Part shown: positions 1 to 11,748 of the stretch, one piece after another
How positions within the stretch are numbered: position 1 is the first letter of the stretch
Layout of the letters: each line of letters starts with the position of its first letter
DNA from: Octopus sinensis
Taxonomy: Eukaryota
Direction of reading: 5' to 3'
Length of the DNA: 64,000 bases
NCBI RefSeq assembly: GCF_006345805.1
Contig: NW_021836179.1
Coordinates: 124,001-188,000 of the forward strand
Made by a program: the position numbers and the translations under genes
Notes under the pieces: model-generated
What the model saw: only the letters and a program-made list of their open reading frames with translations
What the model was told of the DNA's origin: nothing
The model's database searches: none

Positions 1-92
1 GTACCAGTTACGCACTGGGGTCGATGTAATCGACTTAATTCTTTTGTCTGTCCCCTCTATGTTTAGACCCTTGTGGGCAATGAAGAAATAAG
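1..92 (+). mobile_element. SINE-2 3' end
   Basis: GTACCAGTTACGCACTGGGGTCGATGTAATCGACTTAA...AAGAAATAAG matches the family tail. Confidence 0.8.
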
Positions 93-1815
93 AATTCAGA
101 TGGGGTGGGGGACAATAGCGCTGGAGCTAGAGGGGGTGGTTGAGTGGTGATGCAGGCAGGGTGGGGTGAATAAGGGGAGTAGGGAGAAGGTTAGCGATGG
201 AGGTAGAGTGGGGAGCAGGACGAAGAGCGTTAATACTGGCAGTGGGGGTAGGAGACGATGTTGGTTAAGTTGGCAATTACTGGAGTTGTGGGCTGAATAA
301 AGGGATGAGCAGGACAAATACCCACCAAATCCCACGCTAGAAGGGATCGGAGCATGTGGGGAAGGAGAGGATGAAGGGTGGCAGGGTGTGATGAAGCAGT
401 TTAACCATCTGGAAAATTACAAAATTTCAAAGAAGATGTTTGTAGGCTTTTCCTTTCCCTGTGTGTTCTCTCTCCACTTCATGTTTGTAGAGAATTTCAT
501 TGAAAACACACTTTTTTTTGTTTTGAAAGACAGGAGGAAACAAAGTGGAGAGGAGTTGTGTAGGTATGCCAATTATGGTTATATCAGAATTAAAATTGTT
601 TTCTTTACATTTTCCAATTTCTCTTTATTTACCCAAAAATATAATGCTATTTATTGCCAAATGATTCGCATGTTTGATGGCATGGAAGACGTACCGTTTC
701 CATTAAAAGGCGTTTCAAAAACAAATCACCCCTTATCCAAGGTGATATAAATATTTATTTACAGCAAAGAAAATTACTGTAGAACAGTAAATTTCTAAGA
801 TTTTCACAAAGCAAAAAGAAAAAAAAACTTGGATTTTTTGCGTGGAGTCAAATACCTCTTAATATGCTGCAAATCCCTTATTTGGGTTCAGAAAAAAAGT
901 GGGGAGGGAGACCCCTTCCCACCCTGGAATCATTGGATATTTTTGTCTTTTTTCGTTGGATGAAGTTCTGTGACCTCGTAATATGCTACAATGCTTTTTG
1001 GGGACTGTAAAACGGGGTGAAGTGAGGAGGAAGCCTCAGAAATTTCACCTGCATGAAAAAAGTGGGGATAGCAGCTTTGTTCATCTAATTGCTTCATCAG
1101 AAGCAAATTGACACAGAGGAATAAGAAGCAAGCTGAAATAAACAAGCAAACATAGATCAAAGCCCAGCATCAACAAAGACCTTGGATGCAATTAATAAAC
1201 GAAAAGCAATCAAACATACATATTTAGGTACATATAAAAACCAAGTCAGCAAGTTTCAGTGTTGAAGACATATTTATTTAACCACGTCACCTCCACACGA
1301 TTTCACAATCTTCTTCATGGAGTATATATTTTCAGTATGCAAGAAATTGTGTCTTGCTAAAAACCCAGTTACTCTAAAAGATGTTCACCTGGATTTCTCC
1401 ACCATCTGCTCTCATGATGCTGCACTGCCTCACACGTTTCTCCTCTTTTAGATTTCAGCTTTAATATCAATGGGCCTCTCGTGTCTGCTACACACACAAC
1501 TATATTTATCTGCACATCACTGTTTCCACTCCTCACAATTGTCTAATCTAGTGCTTCCTAAAGTGGCAATATTTATGGTTATACAAATTATTTTCTACAC
1601 ACAATTCTAACAAATACCTGTGCCCAGCAAAACTATGTGTATCCCAGGTAAGTGCTTACAAAAAGGGTTGGCATCATAAACAATACCTCAAAAAGGAACC
1701 CTGATGATTATGAATGTTACCAAGAGTTCATCAGTTACTGACAATGCCCACAAGGAGAAAGGGTTCTAAAATGTCTGTTGCTGTGTGCTGCAAAGATATT
1801 TGATAAATAATACAG

Positions 1816-4359
1816 TCAAATTCTTGTATGGATAGATACATGTGCAGTTAAGTAACGTTTCTGAGAGAATGATTTACCACAGAAATCACAGCAAAAAGGC
1901 CTCTCTCCTGTATGAACACGTTTGTGGGAAGATAAATGACAATTTTGAGAGTATGATTTACCACAGATAACACAGTGAAATGGTTTCTCTCCTGTATGAA
2001 TACGTTTGTGAGAAGTTAACTGACAATTTTGAGGGAATGATTTACCACAGATATCACAGTGAAATGGCTTTTCTCCTGTGTGAATACGCTTGTGTTTATT
2101 TAATGTAGTACTTTCAGAGAATGATTTACTGCAGATATCACACTGATAAGGTTTCTCTCCTGTATGAACACGTTTGTGTGAAGTTAAAGTATCACTTCGA
2201 GAAAATGATTTACCACAGACATCACATTGATATGGATTCTCTCCTGTGTGAATACGTTTGTGTACAATTAAGTTACTTCCGTCAGAGAATGATTTACCAC
2301 AGATATTACAGTGATACGGCTTTTCTCCTGTATGAATTCGTTTGTGTCCAATTAAATTACTGCTTACAGAGAATGATTTACCACAGATATCACATTGAAA
2401 TGGTTTCTCTCCTGTGTGAATACGTCCGTGTTGAGTTAAATGACTGTTTGTAGGAAATGATTTACCACAGATATCACACGGAAATGGCTTATCTCCTGTG
2501 TGATTACGTTTGTGACTAATTAAGGCACTTCTATCAGAGAATGATTTCCCACAGACATCACACGCATATGGCTTCTCACCTGTATGAATACGTTTGTGTA
2601 TAATTAAGGCACTTCTGTGAGAGAATGATTTACCACAAATATCACAGTGATACGGTTTTTCTCCTGTATGAATTCTTTTGTGTTCAATTAAAATACTGTT
2701 TACAGAGAATGATTTACCACAGATATCACACGGAAATGGTTTCTCTCCTGTATGAACACGTTTGTGACTAATTAAGGCACTTCTATCAGAGAATGGTTTC
2801 CCACAGACATCACACTCATATGGTTTCTCACCTGTATGAAGACGCATGTGTCTAGTTAAACTGTTCTTTCCAGAGAATGATTTACCACAGATATTACAGT
2901 TATATGGTGTCTCTCCTGTATGAATACGCTTATGAGTAGTTAACACACTATTTTGAGAGAATGATTTACCACAGACATCACACTGAAACGGTTTTTCTCC
3001 TGTATGAACACGTTTGTGTTTAGTTAAGTCATTGCTTTGTATGAAGGATTTACCACAAATATCACAGTGAAATTGCTTCTCTCCTGTATGAATGAGTCTG
3101 CGTTTAGTTAAGCTAATTTCTATAGGAAATGATTTACTACAGATATTACAGTGATATGGTTTCTCTCCTGTATGAACACGTTTGTGTACAATTAAGGCAC
3201 TTCCGTAAGAGAATGATTTACCACAGATATTACAGTGAAATGGTTTCTCCCTCGTGTGAATACGCCTGTGTATAATTAAGGCACCACTTGCAGTGAATGG
3301 TTTCCCACAGATATCACAGGCAAATGGCTTCTCTCCTGTATGAACATGTTTGTGTTTAGCTAAGCTAACTTGTATAGGAAATGATTTACCACAGATATTA
3401 CGGTGAAATGGTGTCTCACCTGTGTGAATGAGCCTGTGTTTAGTTAAATTATTATTCTGAGAGAATGATTTACCACAGATATCAAAGTGAAATGGCTTCT
3501 CTCCTCTATGAACACGTTTGTGTTTAGCTAAGTCACTGCTTTGAGCGAAGGATTTAGCACAAATATCACAGCTAAATGGCTTCTTCCCCGTATGAATATG
3601 TTTGTGCCTAGTTAAGCTTACTTGTATAGGAAATGATTTGCCACAGATATCACAGTGAAATGGTTTTTCTCCTGTATGAACACGTTTGTGTACAATTAAG
3701 GCACCACTTGAATTGAACGATTTACCACAAATATCACAGCGAAATGGTTTATCTCCTGTATGAACACGTTTATGTATAATTAAGGCACTTCTCTCAGAGA
3801 ATGGTTTCCCACAGACATCACACTCATATGGTTTCTCACCTGTATGAATACGTTTATGTTTAGTTATGTTATTGCTTTGAGTGAAGGATTTACCACAAAT
3901 ATCACAGTGAAATTGCTTCTCTCCTGTATGAACACGTTTGTGATTAGTTAAGTTATTGCTTTGAGTGAAGGATTTACCACAAATATCACAGCGAAATGGC
4001 TTCTCTCCTGTATGAACACGTTTGTGTTTAGTTAAGTCATTGCTTTGTATGAAGGATTTACCACAAATATCACAGCGAAATGGCTTCTCTCCGGAATGAA
4101 CACATTTGTGTTTAGTTAAGTCATAGCTTTGAGAGTATGATTTATCACAGATATCACAGTGATATGGTTTCTCTCCTGTGTGAATACGTTTGTGAGTAGT
4201 TAACACACTATTTTGAGAGAATGATTTACCACAGATATCACACTGGAACGGTTTTTCTCCTGTGTGAGTACGCTTGTGTCTATCTAATGCAAAACTTCCA
4301 GTGGTTGATTTACCACAGATATCACAACGATACAATGATTTTTGCATATTTGTCAGCAT
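1816..4359 (-). CDS. ZNF-A: C2H2 zinc-finger protein, 847 aa, 30 tandem fingers (3 degenerate), no effector domain
   Basis: ATG-initiated ORF of 28-aa CxxC..HxxxH repeats with TGEKP linkers. Fingers 11 (C>F), 12 (C>R) and 15 (H>R) have lost a zinc ligand. Conserved acceptor TTTGTCATTTCAG| at 4741. Confidence 0.95.
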   Translation of the reverse strand: MLTNMQKSLYRCDICGKSTTGSFALDRHKRTHTGEKPFQCDICGKSFSQNSVLTTHKRIHTGEKPYHCDICDKSYSQSYDLTKHKCVHSGEKPFRCDICGKSFIQSNDLTKHKRVHTGEKPFRCDICGKSFTQSNNLTNHKRVHTGEKQFHCDICGKSFTQSNNITKHKRIHTGEKPYECDVCGKPFSERSALIIHKRVHTGDKPFRCDICGKSFNSSGALIVHKRVHTGEKPFHCDICGKSFPIQVSLTRHKHIHTGKKPFSCDICAKSFAQSSDLAKHKRVHRGEKPFHFDICGKSFSQNNNLTKHRLIHTGETPFHRNICGKSFPIQVSLAKHKHVHTGEKPFACDICGKPFTASGALIIHRRIHTREKPFHCNICGKSFSYGSALIVHKRVHTGEKPYHCNICSKSFPIEISLTKRRLIHTGEKQFHCDICGKSFIQSNDLTKHKRVHTGEKPFQCDVCGKSFSQNSVLTTHKRIHTGETPYNCNICGKSFSGKNSLTRHMRLHTGEKPYECDVCGKPFSDRSALISHKRVHTGEKPFPCDICGKSFSVNSILIEHKRIHTGEKPYHCDICGKSFSHRSALIIHKRIHTGEKPYACDVCGKSFSDRSALISHKRNHTGDKPFPCDICGKSFPTNSHLTQHGRIHTGEKPFQCDICGKSFSVSSNLIGHKRIHTGEKPYHCNICGKSFSDGSNLIVHKRIHTGENPYQCDVCGKSFSRSDTLTSHKRVHTGEKPYQCDICSKSFSESTTLNKHKRIHTGEKPFHCDICGKSFPQNCQLTSHKRIHTGEKPFHCVICGKSYSQNCHLSSHKRVHTGERPFCCDFCGKSFSQKRYLTAHVSIHTRI

Positions 4360-4848
4360 TTCTCTGAGGAATCAAAATAGACCCAATCCTTGGTCTTTCT
4401 CACCACATTAAACTTTTACTCCTATCTTTATCCTTCTTTTTATAGTTTATTCCTTACAAATATTTCCACTGCAAACTTCACTGATATCTAAAGATGCTAT
4501 AAATTTAGAAAGTCATCAAAGAGTAACGAGAATGCAAAGCATCAGCTAATGAAATAGAAAAATGTTGCTATTAATCTCAGTTCAGAGCAAACATTTCATA
4601 GAATTTCTACCAAAGATTTATAGAAATAGGCTTAGATGCATTCTGTGTAAACTTTTCCTCAAGACTTTAAAAGATGAAAAATGTTGAAGATGTATTCATT
4701 ATAAAAGGAAATTTCTTTGATGCCAATGTCATCCGTAAATCTGAAATGACAAAGAAACAGAATTAGATAGAGAGGAAAGATCAAAAGAGAAATGTTAAAA
4801 TATTTCTTTATTAATTAACAAATGACATCATATAACATTGGGTGAAAT

Positions 4849-5109
4849 GTAAGAATTTGTAAACTACAACTACTCTTTAACATTGTGTAACATTACTCAT
4901 GCATGCACATATATACATATCTCTATCTACCTACGTATATATATATACATATATAAATTTATAAGTGATGAATTCAGGTAAGAATTTGTAAACTACAACT
5001 ACTCTTTAACATTGTGTAACATTACTCATGCATGCACATATATACATATCTCTATCTACCTACGTATATATATATACATATATAAATTTATAAGTGATGA
5101 ATTCAGGTT
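4849..5109. repeat. 129-bp direct tandem duplication (2 copies) in the ZNF-A intron
   Basis: GTAAGAATTTGTAAACTACAAC...GATGAATTCAG occurs at 4849 and 4978, essentially identical. Confidence 0.9.
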
Positions 5110-5538
5110 AGGCGGGGAATAATATTTTGATTTTTGGGGGCTTCATTTTTGAGAACTCCCTGAAAATATGTGGTTAGGGTCACAGAACAATGATATAAAC
5201 ATTTTTGCAATTTCAATTTTGGTAACTCCCCAAACCGAAAGGATCCCGCATTTCTGTAGTTATGCCCTAAATTTACTGACAAAATATACATTATTAAACG
5301 ATTAAAGGACTCAAAAGAAAATTGCACAAATCGGGTGTCAAAAGGGGAAATATCGTTTACCAAAAGGAAAGCCGTTGTGAGGGAGGTCTTCCTGCTTGTC
5401 TTCAGGAATACTTAAAAAGCTGACAAATGTCTGTAGATATAGACTAACCTCCTATGGTTCAGTTTCTTGTCTTAGATATCACACACCTCCGTTAACAAGT
5501 GTACAACAAATGCTATGTAGATATATTTTTTCACTTAC

Positions 5539-5762
5539 CATTAGAATACTTGTTGATCTGACCAGGATCCTTTCTTGAAATCCAGTTTGTTTTTCCCACC
5601 ATGGATAGTAGAAATGCGCACAATATTTGCTACAAAGGGGCATACAAACAATTCGTGCTTTCGGTCTAAGGTCCAAATGAAATATGAAGAAGGGCGAGCA
5701 AAGTTCCTCGATTCAAAGCTTTTTGCCCCCTTTCCTGTAAAATAGGGATCAACCAACTAAAG
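5539..5762 (-). other. Putative internal 5'-UTR exon of ZNF-A
   Basis: On the minus strand, acceptor TATTTCTCTTGATCACAG| ends at 5763 and donor ATG|GTAAGT starts at 5538, upstream of the ZNF-A acceptor at 4741. Splice consensus only, no transcript evidence. Confidence 0.4.
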
Positions 5763-6559
5763 CTGTGATCAAGAGAAATATTAAATCACAAATCATGTAA
5801 GTCGCTTCGTGTTATTCCTAGAGATCAACGTTCACCTGAACACAAGGTATTACTACATCTGATATAATTAGATTCATCTTAATTAGAAGCACGTGTAGAA
5901 GCTGTTGATAATTATTCCCGCGGTTGAACGACACCGGTGACATATATTAAAAGTCCCCAATATAACACGAAGAGACGTTAAAATTATATTAATTCACACC
6001 TTTAATTGCATCTCAGCCAAGGTAAATGATAAAAACCTCATCCAGCTAAATAGTAATTACGTCTCAACAAGAGTGTCTGCGCATGGTCACTGAACCTGCT
6101 AAAAATAGCAGCCAAATATTTCTAACATCATTACATCTTAGCATTAGAATGCATATAATCGTATGTTTGTTCATTAAACGGACATATGATTAGAAACACA
6201 GCAGGTGCTGTTCCCTACGCCTTTATCAGGGGTCGCCAAACTATTTCGACCTTCGACCCTCAACTATAGCAAAGATCGAAACGGAGCCCTTCCCGGCTTT
6301 CAAATTCCTTTTTTGTTTTTTTTTCTCTCCGGAATCCCATGTTTTTAGGCCATGGAAATTTCGATTCTGGAAAAGATTTTTTCAACAATCCCAACATCAA
6401 AATTTCAGTCCCATATCCCTTGCCTTCGTTTTTTTTTTTTACTTTATCCTGAAATAAAGGGGGAAGGGTTCTGTTTACGGCGGGGGTGAAGACAATTGAG
6501 CCACTTTCCGATGTTTTCTAACGTAGACGTTACATCTTTTGGCGACTGCAATTCCCTCC

Positions 6560-6790
6560 CCCCGACGCTATGTATTTCCGCTTCCGCTGCAAGCTTTATG
6601 GATGCCAAGAAAGACCAAGAATTCGTTTTGCTCTTCTTTTGACCGAGATTTGTTGAAATCAAATCTATTTCCACACCAAATACTGATTTGTATATCGTAA
6701 CAGGTAAGATATACATACATATTTATCTCTATACACAGTAGGTAGACCTCTTATCCGGCTTCTAGGAATCCCTGGATACTCAGCAATGAT
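6560..6790 (+). promoter_or_regulatory. Diverged promoter/exon-1 module of ZNF-B
   Basis: TTTCCGCTTCCGC (ETS-like), donor TAACAG|GTAAGA at 6704 and CTCTTATCCGGCTTCTAGGAATCC, all homologous to the modules at 21020, 19620, 34600 and 57420. Confidence 0.55.
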
Positions 6791-6885
6791 ATGTATGATA
6801 CAGGTGCAAGTCTCTTAAATTCTTTGGTCGTAACTCCCCTGAAACTAGCAAGAGACTCGACTAAAATATATTTTGGTATGGAATC

Positions 6886-7781
6886 AAGTACTAGTTACGC
6901 ACTGGAATCGATGTAATCGATTTAATCCCATTGTCTGTCCTTGTTTGTCCCCTCTGTGTTTAGCCCCTTGTGGGTAGTAAAGAAGTATAACTCTGTGTCA
7001 GGGTGTGGAGGGGTGATAGGTATTTGACTGTTATGTATGTCAGGTCGATTAAATAAGTACCAGTTACGCACTGGAATCGATGTAATCGATTTAATCCCAT
7101 TGTCTGTCCTTGTTTGTCCCCTCTGTGTTTAGCCCCTTGTGGGTAGTAAAGAAATATATCTCTGTGTCAGTGGGTGGAGGGGTGATAGGTATTTGACTGT
7201 TATGTATGTCAGGTCGATTAAATAAGTACCAGTTACGCACTGGGGTCGATGTAATCGACTTAATCCTTTTGTCTGTCCTTGTTTGTCCCCTCTGTGTTTA
7301 GCCCCTTGTGGGTAGTAAAGAAATATATCTGTGTCAGGGGGTGGAGGGGTGATAGGTATTTGACTGTTATGTATGTCAGGTCGATTAAATAAGTACCAGT
7401 TACGCACTGGGGTCGATATAATCGACTTAATCCCTTTGTCTGTCCCCTCTGTGTTTAGCCCCTTGTGGGTAGTAAAGAAGTATATCTCTGTGTCAGGGTG
7501 TAGAGGAGTGATAGGTATTTGACTGTTATGTATGTCAGGTCGATTAAATAAGTACCAGTTACGCACTGGGGTCGATATAATCGACTTAATCCCTTTGTCT
7601 GTCCCCTCTGTGTTTAGCCCCTTGTGGGTAGTAAAGAAGTATATCTCTGTGGAGGGGTGATAGGTATTTGACTGTTATGTATGTCAGGTCAATTAAATAA
7701 GTACCAGTTACGCACTGGGGTCAATGTAATCGACTTAATCCCTTTGTCTGTCCTTGTTTAGCCCCTTGTGGGTAGTAAAGC
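6886..7781 (+). repeat. SINE-derived minisatellite, ~5.5 units of 149-169 bp
   Basis: Units start at 6886, 7055, 7224, 7391, 7550 and 7699. Each is the SINE-2 3' body plus a unique spacer (GGGGTGGAGGGGTGATAGGTATTTGACTG...). Confidence 0.9.
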
Positions 7782-8107
7782 AATGCATTTTTTGGTATGG
7801 AGTTCCCTTCCTTGCGCCTCCCCACAAAGGGTCAGAATATTTATATTTATTTCTTTACTACCCACAAGGGGCTAAACACAGAATATTTGTATTGATAGTT
7901 TTACCTTTCGAATATTTCTCTCATAACTTTTTTTTAATTATTTTTTGGAATTTTCGTAAAATCTTTGCGTCTTTTGCATTGTAGCTTGGGAATTAATAGG
8001 ATCGTGCAAAAAATTCCAGTTCTTTCGGAATGAGGAATCCAATTAAATGCTGAAAAATAACGGAGGATGAAGTTAATGGTGGTTGCTGTTTGGGTACTAC
8101 TTGAGAA

Positions 8108-8421
8108 GTGGTCCCCGTGCGCGCACTCGCGTACCCGCGCTAGCTAGTCGTGACTAGTCGATCCTTTGTATGTTATTTACTTTGTTTAAAAAATTATTTA
8201 TTTTGTGTCTTATTCACTTTACTCTTTTACTTGTTTCAGTCATCTGACTGCGGCCATGCTGGAGCACCGCCTTTAATCGAGCAACTCCACCGCAGGACTT
8301 ATTCTTTTGTAAGCCCAGTACTTATTCTATCAGTCTCTTTTGCCGAACCGCTAAGTATCGGAGACATAAACACACCAGCATCGGTTGCCAAGCAATGCTA
8401 GGGGGACAAACACAAATACCC

Positions 8422-8464
<43 letters not shown>

Positions 8465-9087
8465 TACATATATACGACGGGCTTCTTTCAGTTTCCATCT
8501 ACCAAATCCACTCACAAGGCTTTGGTCGGCCCGGGGCTATAGCAGAAGACACTTGCCCAAGATGTCACGCAGTGGGACTGAACCCGGAACCATGTGGTTG
8601 GTTAGCAAGCTAGTTACCATACAGCCTTCCCTCCGTTCGCCCGCATCGGGATCTTTCTTTCTTCTTTCTTCCTTCTCTTATGTTTCCGACGAAGAGCTCC
8701 GCTCGAAACGTCATACCCTCCTTCTTCCCTTTTTCCTGAGCGCCTAATAATAATAATACTTTAATTGTTCCACGTGTTGTTGTTTTTTCTGTTTTCCCGT
8801 TTGGATTAACCTTATATATATATATATATACATATATACGATGGGCTTCTTTCAGTTTCCGTCTACCAAATCCACTCACAAGGCTTTGGTTGGCCCAAGG
8901 CTATAGTAGAAGACACTTGTCTAAGGTGCCACGCAGTGGGACTGAGTTTAACAAAAATTATTTACTTTGTGTAAAAAAATTATTTAATTTGTGTTTTATT
9001 TACGTTGCTAGGTAGTCGTAGAATCGAGTAGTCACGACTAGCTAGCGCGGATGCGCGACTAGGCAAGTGCGCGCACCGGAACCACTG
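8108..9087. mobile_element. MITE-like element with ~55-65 bp CpG-rich terminal inverted repeats, interrupted by SINE-1 copies
   Basis: AGTGGTCCCCGTGCGCGCACTC..GCGCTAGCTAGTCGTGACTA at 8108-8162 and its reverse complement at ~9020-9087. A further left-end copy lies at ~21708-21750. No TSD resolved. Confidence 0.6.
8218..8618 (-). mobile_element. SINE-1 (tRNA-derived, CORE-like, internal (TA)n)
   Basis: Matches the other copies: head GGAGTGGCTGTGTGGTAAG..GGTTCAGTCCC (A/B boxes), core TTGGGCAAGTGTCTTCT, tail GAAACAAGTAAAAGAGTAAA. A partial second copy lies at ~8812-8945. Confidence 0.85.
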
Positions 9088-9496
9088 TTCTTCATTTTGA
9101 TTTCCATTTTGATCTCTCCTCTCTATCTAAATACTGTTTCTTTATTATTTCAGATTTACGGATGACATTGGCACAAAACAACTTTTTAACTTTGGATACA
9201 TCTGGAATATTTATCATATTTTAGAGAACAGATATAAAAATCCATCTCCTCTTAATCTGGGCTTGAATTACTGTGAAATATTTGCTCTTTCTCCGTCTGA
9301 TTATCTGGTGCTTTTGCATTCTAATTAAACTTGGATAAATTTATGCTTTGACAGCATCTTTAGATATCAGTGAAGATCAGAGTTGATAGCAGTTGATATT
9401 TCTAAGGAATCAATAATTATAAGAAGAACAAGGAGAAAACTATTTGATGTGGTGAGAAAAAGATAAAGAAAAACTTTAATATTGTGAGAAACTTCA

Positions 9497-9523
9497 ATGA
9501 TTCGGGCTGTTTTTATCCCTTAA
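9497..9523 (+). other. Conserved 8-codon uORF (MIRAVFIP*) ending 4 nt before the ZNF-B ATG
   Basis: ATG ATT CGG GCT GTT TTT ATC CCT TAA agag ATG; the same geometry recurs in ZNF-D, E1-3 and F. Confidence 0.7.
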
Positions 9524-9527
9524 AGAG

Positions 9528-10724
9528 ATGTCGAAAGAATTAGGAAAATCATATCACTGTAATATCTGCACGAAATCATTCTCTGAAAAACGTAATCTAA
9601 CAATTCACAAATGCTTTCATACAAAAAGGAAGCCTTTTGACTGTGATGTCTGTGGTAAATCATTCTCAGAAAATGCTGACTTGACTAAACACAAGCGTGT
9701 TCATACAGGAGAGAAGCCATATCACTGTGATATATGTCGTAAATCTTTCTCCCAAATATCCAACTTGACTAAGCACAAACGTATTCATACAAATGAAAAA
9801 CCATACAATTGCGATATCTGTGGTAAATCATTCTCTCAAATATCAAACATGACTTCTCATAAACGTATCCATACAAAAGAGAAGCCATTTCACTGTGCTA
9901 CCTGTGGTAAATCATTCTCTCAAATATCTAATTTGACTTCTCACAAACGTATTCATACAGGTGAGAAGACATATCACTGTAATACCTGCGGCAAATCATT
10001 CTCTGCTGGTGGTGACTTAACTACTCACATGCGTATTCATACTGGAGAGAAACCATATCACTGTGATGTCTGTGGCAAAGCTTTCACTACAAGTAGTGCT
10101 TTAACTTCTCACAGACGTATTCATACAGGTGAAAAGCCATATCACTGTGATACCTGTGGTAAATCATACCGCAGAAGTGGTGACTTGACGAAACATACTC
10201 GCATTCATACAGGTGAGAGGCCATTTCACTGTGACACCTGTGCTAAATCATTCTCTGAAAATGGTGCCTTAACTAAACATAAACGTATTCATACAGGTGA
10301 GAAGCCACATCACTGTGATGTCTGTGGTAAATCATTCACTCAAATGTCTAACCTGACTTCTCACAAACGTATTCATACAGGTGAGAAGCCATTCCATTGT
10401 GATGTCTGTGGTAAATCATTCTCTGCAAGTACTGCATTAACTTCTCACATACGTATTCATACAGGTGAGAAGCCATATCGCTGTGGTATTTGTGATAAGT
10501 CATTCCCTGTAAGCAGTGCCTTAACATTTCATGAGCGTATTCATACAGGGGAGAAGCCATTTCACTGTGATGTCTGTGGTGAATTGTTCTCTGCAAGTGG
10601 TGCTTTAACTTCTCACAGACGTATTCATACAGGTGAGAAGCCATTTCACTGTGATACCTGTGGCAAATCATTCTCTCAAAAAGGTAACTTAAAAACGCAC
10701 ATGTCTATCCATACAAAATTATGA
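9528..10724 (+). CDS. ZNF-B: C2H2 zinc-finger protein, 398 aa, 14 fingers
   Basis: Intact [14 protein letters not shown] leader, 14 finger repeats; conserved acceptor TTTATTATTTCAG| at 9153. Confidence 0.95.
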   Translation: MSKELGKSYHCNICTKSFSEKRNLTIHKCFHTKRKPFDCDVCGKSFSENADLTKHKRVHTGEKPYHCDICRKSFSQISNLTKHKRIHTNEKPYNCDICGKSFSQISNMTSHKRIHTKEKPFHCATCGKSFSQISNLTSHKRIHTGEKTYHCNTCGKSFSAGGDLTTHMRIHTGEKPYHCDVCGKAFTTSSALTSHRRIHTGEKPYHCDTCGKSYRRSGDLTKHTRIHTGERPFHCDTCAKSFSENGALTKHKRIHTGEKPHHCDVCGKSFTQMSNLTSHKRIHTGEKPFHCDVCGKSFSASTALTSHIRIHTGEKPYRCGICDKSFPVSSALTFHERIHTGEKPFHCDVCGELFSASGALTSHRRIHTGEKPFHCDTCGKSFSQKGNLKTHMSIHTKL

Positions 10725-10765
10725 TTGTATCATTTTGAAATTTCTTCACAACACACAACCAACCA

Positions 10766-10898
10766 TGCCGACGACCGCTCGGTTCAAAGTCTCCCTTGAC
10801 CACAAGTAGCCTGATCTCTTTACATGAACTCCGTGTCCCCCTACATGGCCTTGGTTTTTGATTTTTGAGCCAAAAAATTAACTAACTAATTAACTAAT
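10766..10898 (+). mobile_element. CR1/L2-clade LINE 3' end with (TAAC)n tail, just downstream of ZNF-B
   Basis: Near-identical to the 3' part of 13035-13230; ends AATTAACTAACTAATTAACTAAT. Confidence 0.65.
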
Positions 10899-10951
10899 CT
10901 TTGGAAACAATTTTTTTTTCCTCTGCTATGTAAAAAATCTTTTATAACCAC

Positions 10952-11340
10952 GGAGTGGCTGTGTGGTAAGTAGCTTGTCTACCAACCACATGGTTCCGGG
11001 TTCAGTCCCACTGCATGGCACCTTAGGCAAGTGTCTTCTACTATAGCCTCGGGCCAACCAAAGCCTTGTGAGTGGATTTGGTAGACGGAAACTGAAAGAA
11101 GCCTGTCGTATATTTGTATATATATATGTATGTGTGTGTGTGTTTGTGCGTCTGTTTGTCCCCTAGCATTGCTTGACAACCGATGCTGGTGTGTTTACGT
11201 CCCCGTCACTTAGCGGTTCGGCAAAAGAGACCGACAGAATAAGTACTGGGCTTACAAAAGAACAAGTCCCGGGGTCGAGTTGCTCGATTAAAGGCGGTGC
11301 TCCAGCGTGGCCGCAGTCAAAGGACTGAAACAAGTCAAAG
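10952..11340 (+). mobile_element. SINE-1, near full length
   Basis: tRNA-like head with A/B boxes, core, (TA/TG)n and 3' tail. Confidence 0.88.
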
Positions 11341-11481
11341 TAAATGTATTCACATGTGAAAGATGATTCAGCAGTGTGATATTTGAAATATAACAATTCC
11401 CATATATATTCCATATCATATATTTCCGTCAAAAATATAGCAGACTGTAAAAGGAAGTATTTCATCAAACCATTGTAGAAG

Positions 11482-11732
11482 AGTGCTTCTCAAAGTGGTG
11501 GTCTGCAGACTGGTGCCAGTAGATGGTGAGTTTCCAGAAAAGAAAGAAACATTATAAAATGCCTGTGTAATATTGTATTATTTGTTTACAAAATAAATTA
11601 AGATCAAAAAAGTTGTCAACTTTTATTATATTTATTACGTATGTTGTTTCTGGTATAAATTAATATTACGAAGAAATATTACTGGTTCCTGGCACTTTGG
11701 GTATGGCCACATCAGGTAACCTCAGAAGCACT
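11482..11732. mobile_element. Possible degenerate hAT-like MITE
   Basis: Inverted ends AGTGCTTCTCA / TCAGAAGCACT (1 mismatch); no TSD found. Confidence 0.3.
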
Positions 11733-11748
11733 ACTGTGGAACATGTAT

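Noticed and set aside
96-1800. Short ORFs and purine-rich tract downstream of ZNF-A
   Set aside because: Low-complexity or non-ATG ORFs with no recognisable domain; the resemblance of HAGEISE to the satellite frame is too short to support homology.
2121-2453. Antisense ORFs of the MIYHRYHS type opposite the ZNF genes (also 10348, 31705, 39429, 47493, 58639)
   Set aside because: Shadow frames of the repetitive finger codons.
8385-8747. ORFs with IYIYIY/YTHTH runs (also 35752, 43819, 52046, 60764 and others)
   Set aside because: Read-through of (TA)n/(CA)n microsatellites inside SINEs.
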